Notes under the pieces: model-generated
Seen by the model: only the letters and a program-made list of their open reading frames with translations
Told to the model about the DNA's origin: nothing
Databases searched by the model: none
Assembly (NCBI GenBank): GCA_045576815.1
Contig: JAZNHD010000038.1
Coordinates: forward strand, 151-64,150
DNA length: 64,000 bases
Reading direction: 5' to 3'
From: Eubacteriales bacterium
GTDB lineage: Bacteria; Bacillota; Clostridia; Oscillospirales; CAG-272
Shown: piece after piece, positions 45,475 through 56,116 of the stretch
Position numbering within the stretch: the stretch's first letter is position 1
Layout: every line of letters begins with the position of its first letter
Program-made: the position numbers and the translations under genes

Positions 45475-45729
45475 TTATGAGTCGGACTCGGATACAACCT
45501 CGTACATACCGACCGACTCGGATTTTTTAGTGGTTTCCTTAATGTCAAGAACTCGCACGGTCACAAATTTTGTACCGAATGCTATGGAAATAAGATCACC
45601 CAGCTTAACGTCATACGATGCCTTGGCAATCTTACCGTTTACCGTTATTCTCGCACCGTCACAAGCCTCGTTGGCAACAGTACGTCGCTTTATGAGTCTT
45701 GAAACCTTAAGGTATTTATCAAGTCGCAT
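45475..45729 (-). CDS. S4-domain RNA-binding protein (YabO/Hsp15-like)
   Basis: 'MRLDKYLKVSRLIKRRTVANEACDGARITVNGKIAK' is a canonical S4 domain. Its position between hup and yabP matches the Bacillus yabO locus. Confidence 0.85.
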   Translation of the reverse strand: MRLDKYLKVSRLIKRRTVANEACDGARITVNGKIAKASYDVKLGDLISIAFGTKFVTVRVLDIKETTKKSESVGMYEVVSESDS

Positions 45730-45735
45730 AAATGA

Positions 45736-46011
45736 TTAGCCGTTTACCTGATCCTTGAGAACCTTAGATGCGGTGAAAGCAGGCTTCTTGGTAGCTGCGA
45801 TTTTAATTGTCTCACCGGTCTTGGGGTTACGGCCTTCTCTTTCAGCAACAGCCTTAACCTCAAAGGTACCAAAACCAATAAGCTGAACCTTGTCGCCGGA
45901 CTTAAGAGCGTTAGCAATCGCATCGAGAGTTGCGTTAACTGCTGTCTCAGCTGCCTTCTTAGAAAGTTCTGCCTCAGCTGCTACAACGTTTACGAGATCT
46001 GTCTTGTTCAT
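45736..46011 (-). CDS. hup: HU family DNA-binding protein
   Basis: 'MNKTDLVNVVAAEAELSKKAAETAVNA...GFGTFEVKAVAEREGRNPKTGETIKIAATKKPAFTASKVLKD'. The start is set at ATG 46011 because the promoter -10 (46047-46052) lies upstream of the track's extended start. Confidence 0.9.
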   Translation of the reverse strand: MNKTDLVNVVAAEAELSKKAAETAVNATLDAIANALKSGDKVQLIGFGTFEVKAVAEREGRNPKTGETIKIAATKKPAFTASKVLKDQVNG

Positions 46012-46046
46012 TTTGAAAATCCTTCCTTTTTTAGTTTTATACATAC

Positions 46047-46075
46047 ATTATAACAATTTTAAACTAATAATGCAA
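46047..46075 (-). promoter_or_regulatory. Sigma-A promoter of hup
   Basis: Minus strand TTGCAT (46075-46070), 17 nt, TATAAT (46052-46047). Confidence 0.7.
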
Positions 46076-46133
46076 TAGTTGTGCATAATTTTTTTTAAAA
46101 AACAGGCATTTTTTCGTGTATTTTGTTACAAAA

Positions 46134-47771
46134 TCAGCCTTTTTCCAAGGGAGTAGACTCTTTTAAACTTGAAAAATCGAAGCAGCCCGTAATCAAGCTG
46201 AGAATAAGATAAAAGATTACCGATAAAAAGATTGCGATAAACAGAGCTAACGTAGAATTAATTTTGGGAGATATACTGTCAAAAACAATTCGCGAGCCGA
46301 TTATTGAAACGAGCGAATTTGCAAGTGACGGCAGGCAATTTGAAAGCAGTGGAGTTTTTAAGCCGTATCTTCTGTACGCGATAATCAAAGATACAAAAAG
46401 AGCCACCGCATAAGAAGCAACCGTTCCGATTGGTGCACCCGATATGCCAAACGAAGAATTTCCGAGCAAGCAATAGCTCACTAATATTTTAACCGCGCTC
46501 CCTATAGCCATAGATATAACGGGCACTCTTACTCCCCCCTTTGCCTCAAGCGCGGAATTCACCGCAAGAAGCGCGGTAGCAAAAAAGATAGCCGGTGAAA
46601 GAAGGCACAAGAGAGGCGCGCCCGTATCAATATCCCCCTCTGCGAAAAGAAGAGTGAGAATTTCTCTGCTATAAATCGTAATTCCAATCATAAGAGGAGC
46701 AGAAAGGATAGCTGTAAAATTAATTGTAGATTCATAGACCCGTACAAATCCTTTTTTATCCTCTCTCACAGCCTCCCGAGTAAGCATAGGCAAAAAGGCT
46801 ATTGAAATAGGAGTTATGAGAGATATAACAAGATTAAACATTGGGACTGCAAGCGTTGTGTAATTTCCGTAAAGCGATGTTGCGTGAAGCTCTGTATATC
46901 CGTTTTCTACAAGTCTGCGCATTATGAGGCCAAGATCTATTACATTGGTAATACTCATTACTGCCGCGCTCACGGTTATGGGCACTGATATAGAAAATAT
47001 CCGCTTTCGAAGAGATTTTTTATCTAACCTTGTCAGCTTTTGCTTTTCGCATCTTGAAATTTTAACATCACGTGCTGCAACGTATAAATATATAAGTCCG
47101 AATATCGCGCCAAGCGTAACACCGAGTATTGTAAAAGCCGAAACGCTTGACATAGAAAGCTGATTTTTAATAGCAATTCTCGCAAACACAAGACCGAAAG
47201 CCAGCTTACCCGCTCCCTCTGCTATCTGCGAGACAGCTATTGAAGAAAGCTTTAGATTTGCGCTTAAATAACCGCGCATAACCCCAGCAAGCGAAATAAA
47301 AACAATCGACGGAGCTATTGCCATCATCGTCAGTGCGGATTGTTCATTTCCTATTGCCGCGGCAAGCGGCTTTGATAAAAATATAAACGCTACCGTTGTA
47401 ATAATACCAAGAATAAAAAACGCTCTTTGTGCGAAGTTAAGTATAGAGCGCTCGTTAATTCCGCCACCTCGTGCCTTTGACTCGGATACGAGTATCATAA
47501 CCGCTTTAGGAACACCTGCGGTGCATAGTAGATAAAAGAACGCGTAGACAGTATAGGCCGAATTAAAATATCCCATCCCCTCATCACCAAGAAGATTTGC
47601 AAGAGGTATTTTATATAATACTCCAAGCAGCTTTACTATAACGGTAGAAACGGTTAAAGACAGCGTGCCTCCGAGTATTCCTGAGGCAAATGAAGCTCGC
47701 ACGCGCCCATCACGCCTCTTTTTAGTTGTTATACTTACCAACACTTTATCCCCCAAAAAGAAAAGATTCAC
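46134..47771 (-). CDS. MOP-superfamily polysaccharide/lipid II flippase (SpoVB / MurJ-like, YabM position)
   Basis: About 14 TM segments. 'KLLGVLYKIPLANLLGDEGMGYF' is the typical N-terminal block of the SpoVB/MurJ family. The exact start is uncertain. Confidence 0.75.
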   Translation of the reverse strand: MNLFFLGDKVLVSITTKKRRDGRVRASFASGILGGTLSLTVSTVIVKLLGVLYKIPLANLLGDEGMGYFNSAYTVYAFFYLLCTAGVPKAVMILVSESKARGGGINERSILNFAQRAFFILGIITTVAFIFLSKPLAAAIGNEQSALTMMAIAPSIVFISLAGVMRGYLSANLKLSSIAVSQIAEGAGKLAFGLVFARIAIKNQLSMSSVSAFTILGVTLGAIFGLIYLYVAARDVKISRCEKQKLTRLDKKSLRKRIFSISVPITVSAAVMSITNVIDLGLIMRRLVENGYTELHATSLYGNYTTLAVPMFNLVISLITPISIAFLPMLTREAVREDKKGFVRVYESTINFTAILSAPLMIGITIYSREILTLLFAEGDIDTGAPLLCLLSPAIFFATALLAVNSALEAKGGVRVPVISMAIGSAVKILVSYCLLGNSSFGISGAPIGTVASYAVALFVSLIIAYRRYGLKTPLLSNCLPSLANSLVSIIGSRIVFDSISPKINSTLALFIAIFLSVIFYLILSLITGCFDFSSLKESTPLEKG

Positions 47772-47819
47772 TAAAATATATTAGCGAATCTCTTCATTTA
47801 TTATAATTAAGGAGTCAAC

Positions 47820-49346
47820 TTAAGCGTCAGAGGTATCGTTATATCCAAAAAATTCAAATATCTGGCGTCTTAACTCTGTATCGGAACGTGATTTTTTAGC
47901 ATCGTCAAGCTCGAATTCTCTCAAATACTCATACGGATACTTTGGACGGAAAAGTCTTTTAATTTTTGTAGGCTTCAGCGCTTCCTTATCAAAGTGCACG
48001 AGCTTTGTAACCGCACCTGCGCCTACGGCAAAAATAGACTGCGTTTCTTCCATCATATAAATATTATAAAGACCCTCGTGCCCCTCTATAGAAAAGCCGA
48101 CGTTTTCGAGATTTCCGACGGTATTTTTCTGTCGGTACATATAATAAGGCTTATACCCTGCAAATTTTGTTTTAAGCTGAGAATAGGATACACTCTTTGC
48201 CGCATCACCGCCGCTTAGAGAGTAAACCCCCGAGTTGTTTCTTAAAGCATCAGACGCCTTTTTGACCGAAAACGTGTGTACCGTAATATTCGTAGGCTGA
48301 AGCTCTATAATTTTGTCAATAGTCTCGGAAAAATTCTTAAAATCGTCACCGGGAAGCCCTGCTATAAGGTCAACGTTAATATCCTTTATACCGCTTTCCT
48401 TAGCCAGCTCGTATGCGCGGAAGAAATCCTCAGTGGTATGACGTCTGCCTATTTCTCTGAGAACGTCATCGTTTAAGGTTTGGGGGTTCACACTGATACG
48501 GGTAACACCGTGCTCCCTTGCAAGCGCGAGCTTTTCACGCGTTATGGTGTCCGGGCGGCCGGCTTCAAGCGTAAATTCAAGGAGCCTTGAGGTGTCAATA
48601 TACTCCTCGAGCTTTTTAAATATCTTTCCGAGCTGCTCTGTATTCAGTGTTGTAGGTGTGCCTCCGCCTATATAAACCGTCGTAACCTCAAGACCGAGGC
48701 GTCTAACCGTCTCAAAAGTATCGGAAAGGTCGAGAAGAAGCGCCTCAACGTAATCGTCTATCATAGCAAGCAGTCGCGGAGTTGTGTAGGATACGAAGCT
48801 GCAATACGCGCAGCGTGACGGGCAAAAAGGAATGGATATGTAAATCGAGCAGGTATTGTTTTCCATTCGTTTTATAATTTTATTTTCGGCAGAAGCAACC
48901 GACACGGCAAGAGCAGCCTTTTGTGGATTGAGGAAGTACTCGTCGCGCATAATCTTCTTCGTTTTGATAATACCCTTACCCGTCGAGAGAAGATTACCCG
49001 CAACCTTTGCCGGTCTTACGCCAGTTAGAATACCCCAGGGCGGAATATGACCGAGCATTTCCTTGCCTGCCGCAAATATAGCACGGCCAACCGCAATAGA
49101 TGCGTGATTGGCTATATTAATTTCCTCGGTATACGGAACGGTTTCATCCGCCTCGCAAACACGGTCGTTGAGCTTAATCGTAACGTATGCCGAAGCAGCA
49201 CTGCCGTTATCGTATACATCAACCGTCACCTCCGGGATACCCTCCGCAGGTACTTCATCCTTGCCGAAGGTCGCGCCGGGAAAGAAAACCATGCAAAGCA
49301 TTTGAACGTAATATCTGTTTATATCGCCGTTTATATTGAGTATCAA
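47820..49346 (-). CDS. hemZ: Coproporphyrinogen dehydrogenase HemZ-like radical SAM protein
   Basis: 508 aa. Radical-SAM 'CPSRCAYCSF' in a HemN-like core with a long N-terminal extension, as in HemZ. Confidence 0.75.
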   Translation of the reverse strand: MILNINGDINRYYVQMLCMVFFPGATFGKDEVPAEGIPEVTVDVYDNGSAASAYVTIKLNDRVCEADETVPYTEEINIANHASIAVGRAIFAAGKEMLGHIPPWGILTGVRPAKVAGNLLSTGKGIIKTKKIMRDEYFLNPQKAALAVSVASAENKIIKRMENNTCSIYISIPFCPSRCAYCSFVSYTTPRLLAMIDDYVEALLLDLSDTFETVRRLGLEVTTVYIGGGTPTTLNTEQLGKIFKKLEEYIDTSRLLEFTLEAGRPDTITREKLALAREHGVTRISVNPQTLNDDVLREIGRRHTTEDFFRAYELAKESGIKDINVDLIAGLPGDDFKNFSETIDKIIELQPTNITVHTFSVKKASDALRNNSGVYSLSGGDAAKSVSYSQLKTKFAGYKPYYMYRQKNTVGNLENVGFSIEGHEGLYNIYMMEETQSIFAVGAGAVTKLVHFDKEALKPTKIKRLFRPKYPYEYLREFELDDAKKSRSDTELRRQIFEFFGYNDTSDA

Positions 49347-49810
49347 TGCGCTACCTCCCTTTTCAGTAGAATATCAGAGTCCATAACTATCGTTACAGGA
49401 CCGTCAGTGCGCATATCGGTTAACATATCCGCACCAAAAACACCGGATTCGCATTTGCCGAGCCTTACGGTTATTTCAGAAATAAAATGCTCATACAAGC
49501 GCCTTGCCTCATCGGGAGCTGCCGCAAGAAGATAATCCGGACGGTTCCCGTGAGCATAGTTTGCCGCAAGCGTAAAATTAGAAACCACGAGAATCTCTCC
49601 CGATACGTCCTTTACCGAAAGGTTCATTTTCCCGCTTTCGTCACTGAAAATACGCAGCTTTGAAATCTTTTCCGCCAGTGCTGTCGAATCGCACTCTGCA
49701 TCACCGTCTTTTACACCGAGAAGAACGTAAAGTCCCTTATTAATTTTCCCGGACAAGAGGCCGTCCGCAACGACGCTCGCCGAGTACACTCTTTGTATTA
49801 CGGCTATCAT
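49343..49810 (-). CDS. dtd: D-aminoacyl-tRNA deacylase
   Basis: 'MIAVIQRV', 'LVVSNFTL' and 'GNRP' blocks. Overlaps the hemZ start. Confidence 0.9.
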   Translation of the reverse strand: MIAVIQRVYSASVVADGLLSGKINKGLYVLLGVKDGDAECDSTALAEKISKLRIFSDESGKMNLSVKDVSGEILVVSNFTLAANYAHGNRPDYLLAAAPDEARRLYEHFISEITVRLGKCESGVFGADMLTDMRTDGPVTIVMDSDILLKREVAH

Positions 49811-49824
49811 AAAAATCCTCTCCT

Positions 49825-52035
49825 TTAATGAGTAAATCCACGACTTACAGAGACAACCTTCGCAACAGAACGCAAGCCAGATACGATGGAGTCGTAATGC
49901 GATGTGCTCTTACAGCCCACAACGATATTAATTGCCATCTGACCGTTTTTCTGCGCCTGAGTATTGATTTGCGATATCGAAACCTTCATGTCGGCAAGTG
50001 CCACTGAAATGCCAGCGATAACACCGATACCGTCCTCTGCAATAACCTGAATTGCCGCTTCATAGGTTGGGTTCGCAGATGCACCCTCAATCTTTTCCCA
50101 CTCGGCACGTACCCAACGCGCAAGATTTTCTTCATTACGACGGGACTCTGTAACGTTAGGACAGTCGGCCTTATGAACTGATACACCAAAGCCTCGGGTA
50201 ATAAAGCCAACGATTTTATCACCGGGAAGAGGGTTGCAGCATCTTGCAAACTTGACCTGACAGCCTGCTTCACCGTCGACGAGAACACCGCCGGCCGAGC
50301 GAGTACGCTTAAAGGTATCTGTCAGCCTAACCTTCGAAAGCTCTTCTTCCGGTGTTAAGTCCTCCTCTCCGTCGGAATGAAGGTTATCTATCTCCTCCTT
50401 AATTTTCGGCAGGAAGCGCTGCAGCGTTATTCCTCCAAAGCCAAGCGTATTGTAAAAGTCGTCTGCTGTGTTTATTCCGACGCGCTTGGCAACCGACGTT
50501 ATAATTTCGTTAAGCTCCGCATCAGTGCAACCGCCAAGCCTTTTGACCTCCTTTTCAACCTCTGCCCTGCCGACCTCAATATTTTCGGGACGACGCTCTT
50601 TTTTAAACCACTGACGTATCTTGCTTCGCGCTTGACCTGTTTTAACTATTTTCAGCCAATCACGACTCGGGCCCTTCGAGGACTGCGAGGTTATAATTTC
50701 AATTATATCACCGTTTTGCGGTATTTTATCAATAGGTACGATTACGCCGTTAACCTTTGCACCCATCATTTTATTTCCGACAGCGGAGTGTATCGCATAC
50801 GCAAAGTCGATTGCGGTAGAGCCCTGCGGCAGCGAAATCACGTCACCCTTCGGAGTAAAAACAAACGTCTCGTCGTGGAAGATATCCGTCTTAAACGAGT
50901 GGATAAATTCGTCGGGGTCACGGGTGTTTTCATCCGACTCGAGAAGCTGAGAAATCCAACGTAGCTTCTCGTCTATATTGCCGCTTGCCTTCTCACCGGT
51001 TTTGTATTTCCAGTGCGCGGCAATGCCAAATTCTGCCTCCTCGTGCATCTCACGGGTTCTTATCTGCACCTCAAAGGGTATACCGCTATGACCTATAACC
51101 GTCGTGTGAAGCGAACGGTAGAGATTGGGCTTGGGCGTTGAGATGTAGTCCTTAAATCTGCCCGGCACAGACTTGAACATTTCGTGCACGAGACCGAGCG
51201 CGGTATAACACTCAAGCTCGGTATCGACGATAATTCTTAAGGCGTAGAAGTCGTATATTTCGTCAAAGGACTTGTTCAAGGTATACATCTTACGGTAAAG
51301 ACTGTAAACCGACTTAATTCTACCCTCAAGTGTGAAGTTGATTTTATTCTCCGCGAGCTTTACGCGAAGCAGCTCCTTTGCCTCCTCTATAAAATCACGG
51401 TTCTGACCGTACTTCTTCTCTATTGAAGAATGCACCTCGTCATATCCAACGGCATCTAGGTAAAAAAGGCTGAGATTCTCGAGCTCCTGCTTGATTCTTT
51501 GAATACCGAGCCTATGCGCTAAAGGAGCGTAAATATACATTGTCTCAAGAGCTATTGCTCTCTGCCGTTCTTCCTTCTTCGCGGAAAGCGTTCTCATATT
51601 ATGAAGTCGGTCGCAGAGCTTTATAAAAATAACCCTTATGTCCTTATTCATCGCGAGAAGCATCTTGCGTATATTCTCGATATGCGCCTCTTCCTTGTCA
51701 GCAACCTGAACCTGTATTATCTTAGTGAGACCGTCGACAAGCATCGAAATCTCACCGCCGAACATCTTGGTCAAAATTTCAAGATTTGTCTTGTCGGCAC
51801 AGTCCTCTACGGTATCGTGAAGGAGGGCGGCACAAATCGAGTCGGTATCAAGACCGAGCTCAGTTACAATTCTCGCTACGGCGACCGGATGGCTGATATA
51901 GGGCTCGCCGCTTTGGCGCATCTGTCCGTCGTGCAGCTGCTCTGCGTACTCGTATGCCGCTATAATCTTATTTATATCATAATTTTTTTCATTCCGACGT
52001 ATAAGGTCGAGAAGTGATTGCATTTCTACGTACAT
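49825..52035 (-). CDS. relA: Bifunctional (p)ppGpp synthetase/hydrolase (RelA/SpoT homologue)
   Basis: HD 'LLHDTVEDC', synthetase 'YRSLHTTV', and TGS and ACT C-terminal domains. Confidence 0.9.
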   Translation of the reverse strand: MYVEMQSLLDLIRRNEKNYDINKIIAAYEYAEQLHDGQMRQSGEPYISHPVAVARIVTELGLDTDSICAALLHDTVEDCADKTNLEILTKMFGGEISMLVDGLTKIIQVQVADKEEAHIENIRKMLLAMNKDIRVIFIKLCDRLHNMRTLSAKKEERQRAIALETMYIYAPLAHRLGIQRIKQELENLSLFYLDAVGYDEVHSSIEKKYGQNRDFIEEAKELLRVKLAENKINFTLEGRIKSVYSLYRKMYTLNKSFDEIYDFYALRIIVDTELECYTALGLVHEMFKSVPGRFKDYISTPKPNLYRSLHTTVIGHSGIPFEVQIRTREMHEEAEFGIAAHWKYKTGEKASGNIDEKLRWISQLLESDENTRDPDEFIHSFKTDIFHDETFVFTPKGDVISLPQGSTAIDFAYAIHSAVGNKMMGAKVNGVIVPIDKIPQNGDIIEIITSQSSKGPSRDWLKIVKTGQARSKIRQWFKKERRPENIEVGRAEVEKEVKRLGGCTDAELNEIITSVAKRVGINTADDFYNTLGFGGITLQRFLPKIKEEIDNLHSDGEEDLTPEEELSKVRLTDTFKRTRSAGGVLVDGEAGCQVKFARCCNPLPGDKIVGFITRGFGVSVHKADCPNVTESRRNEENLARWVRAEWEKIEGASANPTYEAAIQVIAEDGIGVIAGISVALADMKVSISQINTQAQKNGQMAINIVVGCKSTSHYDSIVSGLRSVAKVVSVSRGFTH

Positions 52036-52062
52036 ATGCTTTTCCTACGTGTTAAATTACTG

Positions 52063-54291
52063 TTATCTGCCTCTTGTCATTTGCGAGCGCAGCTTGCGAA
52101 GCAGAGTGGATTTTTCAAGGTCTGTTTTTGTCGTTGAGTAATGAATTCCGAATTTATATACCTCGTCCTCTATCTCATCGATAGTCACGATATTAAGCTC
52201 CTTCATAACCATGATGATTATTTTTAACTTTACGTAACCTATCCTGGCGCCGTTGTCCGAGCGCGAAAGTCTTGAGAGAATATCTCTATGGGACATCGTG
52301 TCGGTACCCGAGCGCAAAGCGCTTGATAGAAGTCGGTACACCTCTGCAAAGTCCTGACGGGTTGGAAACAGATTTTCCTCCTCAGCAAAAAAGCCTCCTG
52401 CCCAAATCTCACCAAATCGCTCCTCTTCTCTCTGCCACACTAGCTTCTGCGCAGCGGTGTGAGTGATGTCCCTCACAATAAGCTGAACGCACTTTCTGCC
52501 TCCCCAATTATTGACATCAACGTTAAAGAGCACATCGATTTTATCGCCGACATAAATACCAAGCGTGGACGGGGACTGTGAAAAATACATAGCGGGAATA
52601 GTATATTTTCCGTCTCCAAGTATCAGCTTTGTATGCTTACCCGCGCTTATAGATGAAATTTCATTTACTGTAACACCGCGAAGAACAAAGGTGGGAACGG
52701 GATTTCCAACACCGTACGGCTCAAGCCTCAAAAGTGCCTCCGCAAGCGCAAGCGTTACATCGGTAAATTCAAGCTCACAGTCGACCTCAACGGTAGATAC
52801 CATATCTTCTTTAGTAAGGTTATTCTTTGCGTATTCGTTGATAAGAGCACGGAAATTATCTATCTCGCCTCTCGTTACCGAAAGACCTGCCGCAAGCTCG
52901 TGCCCTCCGAATTTAACGAGGTGATCGCTGCAATAACAAAGCGCATCAACGAGGTTCATACCCTTAATGCTTCGGCCCGAGCCCTTGCCGACATCACTCT
53001 GCGCGGGAACACCGTCGTTACCCTCAAAGGAAACGAGTATTGACGGACGGGAATATTTTTCGGTAATTCTCGACGCGACGATACCGATAACACCGTGATG
53101 CCAGTTGTCCGCGTCAAGCACAATTACGGGATTTTTCTCAATATCATATTTCTCGATTTTGAGATATGCCTCTTCCATTATCTTATTTTCCTCTGCCTGA
53201 CGCTCCTTATTCGTGCGGCAAAGCTCCTCGGCGATAGTCATAGCGGTATCGCTGTCCTCGGAAAGAAAAAGGCGCACGGCAACCGACGCGGTTTTTATAC
53301 GGCCTGCCGCGTTAATTCTCGGTGCAAGCGTATAGCCTACGTAACCTGAGGTTATCTTGGTTCTCCTCTTTTTATTATCAATTCGCTGACTCTCGAGCTT
53401 TGAGGAGGAGGCCTCGATAAGCGCGGATATTCCCACCCTTGGCGAGTTTTCAATCATATCAAGTCCGAGCTTTACAATTATGCGATTTTCCTCTTTTATA
53501 GGCATAACATCTGCTATCGTGCCTATAGCAACGAGGTCGGCATAGTTTCGAAAAATATGTCTCGCCGCATCCTTGCGGGAATAACCGAGCACAGCCTCCT
53601 CATATGCACAGATAAGCTTGAAAACAACGCCGACGCCGGCAAGCTCTTTAAAGGGATAAGGGCAATCGGGACGATGAGGATTTACGACAGCCTCAGCAAG
53701 CGGTAAATCAGAACGGCATTCATGATGGTCGGTTACGATAAAATCAACACCGCGCTCTTTAGCAAAGAGGACCTCGTCGTTTGCCGTAATACCTGTATCG
53801 ACCGTTATTATCAGCTTTGTGCCTCCGTTTGCAATTGCCTCTATAGCCGAATTGGATACCCCGTAGCCCTCGCCCGCCCTATTTGGTATGTAATACTCAA
53901 CCTGGGCGCCAAGAGAGGAAAGATACAGGTAGAGTGTGCAAACAGACGTAACTCCGTCAACGTCGTAGTCGCCGTAAACAGTGATTTTTTCTCCATCATT
54001 CACAGCACGTGCGATGCGGTCAACCGCCTTTTGCATATCCGCCATATCAAAGGGATTGGAAAGCATCTCACTCTCCATATCGATAAATTTTTTAGCCGAC
54101 AGCGTATCGGTGTAGCCGCGGTTGTAAAGAAGTCTCGCAATAATCGGGTCTATCCCGAGCGAGCTTGCTATTTTTTCAATTTTTTCTGTCGACTCTTCTG
54201 AGCCGTCACATCTGAAAATCCAGCGCTTCTCCTTCGTTTCTTTTTTATTTTTCATTATCTGAACCGTAGTGGGATCTCTCCCGCCTTCCAT
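52063..54291 (-). CDS. recJ: Single-stranded-DNA-specific exonuclease RecJ
   Basis: DHH motifs 'VYGDYDVDGVTS', 'ITVDTG' and 'VTDHHE', plus DHHA1 'GGHELAAG'. The start (54291 or 54255) is uncertain because neither has a clear SD. Confidence 0.85.
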   Translation of the reverse strand: MEGGRDPTTVQIMKNKKETKEKRWIFRCDGSEESTEKIEKIASSLGIDPIIARLLYNRGYTDTLSAKKFIDMESEMLSNPFDMADMQKAVDRIARAVNDGEKITVYGDYDVDGVTSVCTLYLYLSSLGAQVEYYIPNRAGEGYGVSNSAIEAIANGGTKLIITVDTGITANDEVLFAKERGVDFIVTDHHECRSDLPLAEAVVNPHRPDCPYPFKELAGVGVVFKLICAYEEAVLGYSRKDAARHIFRNYADLVAIGTIADVMPIKEENRIIVKLGLDMIENSPRVGISALIEASSSKLESQRIDNKKRRTKITSGYVGYTLAPRINAAGRIKTASVAVRLFLSEDSDTAMTIAEELCRTNKERQAEENKIMEEAYLKIEKYDIEKNPVIVLDADNWHHGVIGIVASRITEKYSRPSILVSFEGNDGVPAQSDVGKGSGRSIKGMNLVDALCYCSDHLVKFGGHELAAGLSVTRGEIDNFRALINEYAKNNLTKEDMVSTVEVDCELEFTDVTLALAEALLRLEPYGVGNPVPTFVLRGVTVNEISSISAGKHTKLILGDGKYTIPAMYFSQSPSTLGIYVGDKIDVLFNVDVNNWGGRKCVQLIVRDITHTAAQKLVWQREEERFGEIWAGGFFAEEENLFPTRQDFAEVYRLLSSALRSGTDTMSHRDILSRLSRSDNGARIGYVKLKIIIMVMKELNIVTIDEIEDEVYKFGIHYSTTKTDLEKSTLLRKLRSQMTRGR

Positions 54292-54330
54292 TTTATTAAC
54301 ACGTTAAATGGCAGTCTTAGTTTCACCTGC

Positions 54331-55947
54331 TTATTTGGGAGCGAATTTTTTCATAAGCGCAAGTGCGCATCTCGTGCCGTCTATTGCGGCACTTGTAATT
54401 CCGCCTGCATAGCCTGCTCCCTCGCCTGCAGGGTATAAATTGTAGTAGCCGATAGCAAGGCGCTCCTCGGCATCTCTTAAAATCCTTATGGGGGCGCTGG
54501 TCCTTGTTTCAGCGCCCGTAAGCACCGCATCAGGTGCGGAAAATCCGTTAATTTTCCTGTCAAAATCCCGCAGTGCGTTCTTAATCGACTCGCACACAAA
54601 GCCCGGCAAATAAGTCTCCGGGCGCGCAAGTCTTACGTTTTCGCCGTTCATATAAGTGGGTGTTATACGCGATGGCTCGCTCTTACATTTCCCATTGAGA
54701 AAATCGCCTACCGTTATTATGGGAGCGGAAAAGTCTCCTCCCCCCGCCCCATAAGCAGCTGCTTCGATACGCCGCTGAAAATTGATAGCATCCCTCGGTG
54801 TCTTACCGTAATCCTCGCGAAAAACAGAACAAACAACAGCTGAGTTGGAATTTCTGCCGCCGCGGCTGTTATAGCTCATACCGTTAACAACCACGCCTCC
54901 CGCCTCGCTGGTAGCCGCTACTACCTCTCCGCCGGGACACATACAAAACGTATATACTCCGCGCTCCTTCGTGTTGGTCGAAAGTGCATATTCGGCGTGC
55001 CCTAGACGCTCGTCGCCGGCAAAGTTGCCGTACATAGCACTGTCTATGTCCTCAGTGAGATGCTCAATACGCATTCCCACCGAAAAAGGCTTTGCTTCAA
55101 GAGAAAAGGAATCGGAAATCAGGCTCTCGTAGGTGTCTCTCGCGCTGTGACCTACGGCAAGTATTAGTGCGCCCGCAGGTATTTCCCCCTTGCTTGTGAT
55201 TACTGAAAAAACGCGTCCGTCTCTTGCATTAGCGCGTAAAAAACGGGTATGATAAAATACCTTGCCGCCGAGCGTTACTATGCGGGAGAGCATACCGTCT
55301 ACAATTTTCGAAAGCACGTCAGTACCGACGTGAGGCTTTGCGATATATTTTATTGACTCATCTGCGCCGAACTCAACGAAGCGGTCGAGAACGTAAGAGG
55401 TCATAGGGTCGTTTATTCTGGTAACGAGCTTACCGTCGGAGAAGGTGCCCGCACCTCCCGCACCGAATTGAATATTGGTATCAGGGTCAAGAACGTGAAA
55501 TCTATTCAGCCTGTCCACCGCGTGCTTGCGCTCTTCAACACTTCCACCGCGCTCAAGCAAAACAGGCGAATACCCACGCTCCGCAAGCATAAGAGCCGCA
55601 AAAAGTCCTGCAGGACCCGTGCCTACCACGACGGGCGGTGATGCGAGCTTCTCATTGCCTATCTCAGGCTCCGGATTTTCGGTTGATAAAACAGCAACAT
55701 CGTTCTTCTTTAAAAGCTGCTCGCTCGGTATGGCGCAAAAGACCCTAACCGCAACCGAATAAACAAAAAGAACATTTTCCTTTTTTCGTGCATCAATACT
55801 GCGGCGAAACACAGAGCAATCGTCCTCATTAACGTCAATCCCGACTCTTTTCAGTCGGCCCTTAGCAACCGAAAACGCCTCTTTAACAGAGGCGCTTACC
55901 GGGAGCTTGATGTTATTAACCAAAAGATTCAAAGACTCACGTCTCAT
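54331..55947 (-). CDS. FAD-dependent oxidoreductase (COG2509-type uncharacterised dehydrogenase)
   Basis: 'VVVGTGPAGLFAALMLAERG' dinucleotide fold after an approximately 90-aa N-terminal domain 'FRRSIDARKK'. 538 aa. Confidence 0.75.
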   Translation of the reverse strand: MRRESLNLLVNNIKLPVSASVKEAFSVAKGRLKRVGIDVNEDDCSVFRRSIDARKKENVLFVYSVAVRVFCAIPSEQLLKKNDVAVLSTENPEPEIGNEKLASPPVVVGTGPAGLFAALMLAERGYSPVLLERGGSVEERKHAVDRLNRFHVLDPDTNIQFGAGGAGTFSDGKLVTRINDPMTSYVLDRFVEFGADESIKYIAKPHVGTDVLSKIVDGMLSRIVTLGGKVFYHTRFLRANARDGRVFSVITSKGEIPAGALILAVGHSARDTYESLISDSFSLEAKPFSVGMRIEHLTEDIDSAMYGNFAGDERLGHAEYALSTNTKERGVYTFCMCPGGEVVAATSEAGGVVVNGMSYNSRGGRNSNSAVVCSVFREDYGKTPRDAINFQRRIEAAAYGAGGGDFSAPIITVGDFLNGKCKSEPSRITPTYMNGENVRLARPETYLPGFVCESIKNALRDFDRKINGFSAPDAVLTGAETRTSAPIRILRDAEERLAIGYYNLYPAGEGAGYAGGITSAAIDGTRCALALMKKFAPK

Positions 55948-56102
55948 AAAAAACCTCTAAAATCGCTTACGGCGATAAAGACTGTCGCAGGGTCGGTAGC
56001 TTCCGTGTATTTCACAAGAAGCCAAAAAGCCACCGCGGCAATAAGACAGAGAGCTACGGTAAGAATTGTATTAAGTTTAATGCCTAAAAATTTCTTTTTC
56101 AT
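55944..56102 (-). CDS. 52-aa single-TM micro-protein resembling only the N-terminus of CdaR/YbbR
   Basis: Not in the ORF track (under 60 aa). My translation is MKKKFLGIKLNTILTVALCLIAAVAFWLLVKYTEATDPATVFIAVSDFRGFL. GGGAGAAAG lies 5 nt upstream, the start is 14 nt after the cdaA stop, and the TGA overlaps the ATG of the FAD gene (ATGA). Confidence 0.55.
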   Translation of the reverse strand: MKKKFLGIKLNTILTVALCLIAAVAFWLLVKYTEATDPATVFIAVSDFRGFL

Positions 56103-56116
56103 ACTTTCTCCCAAAA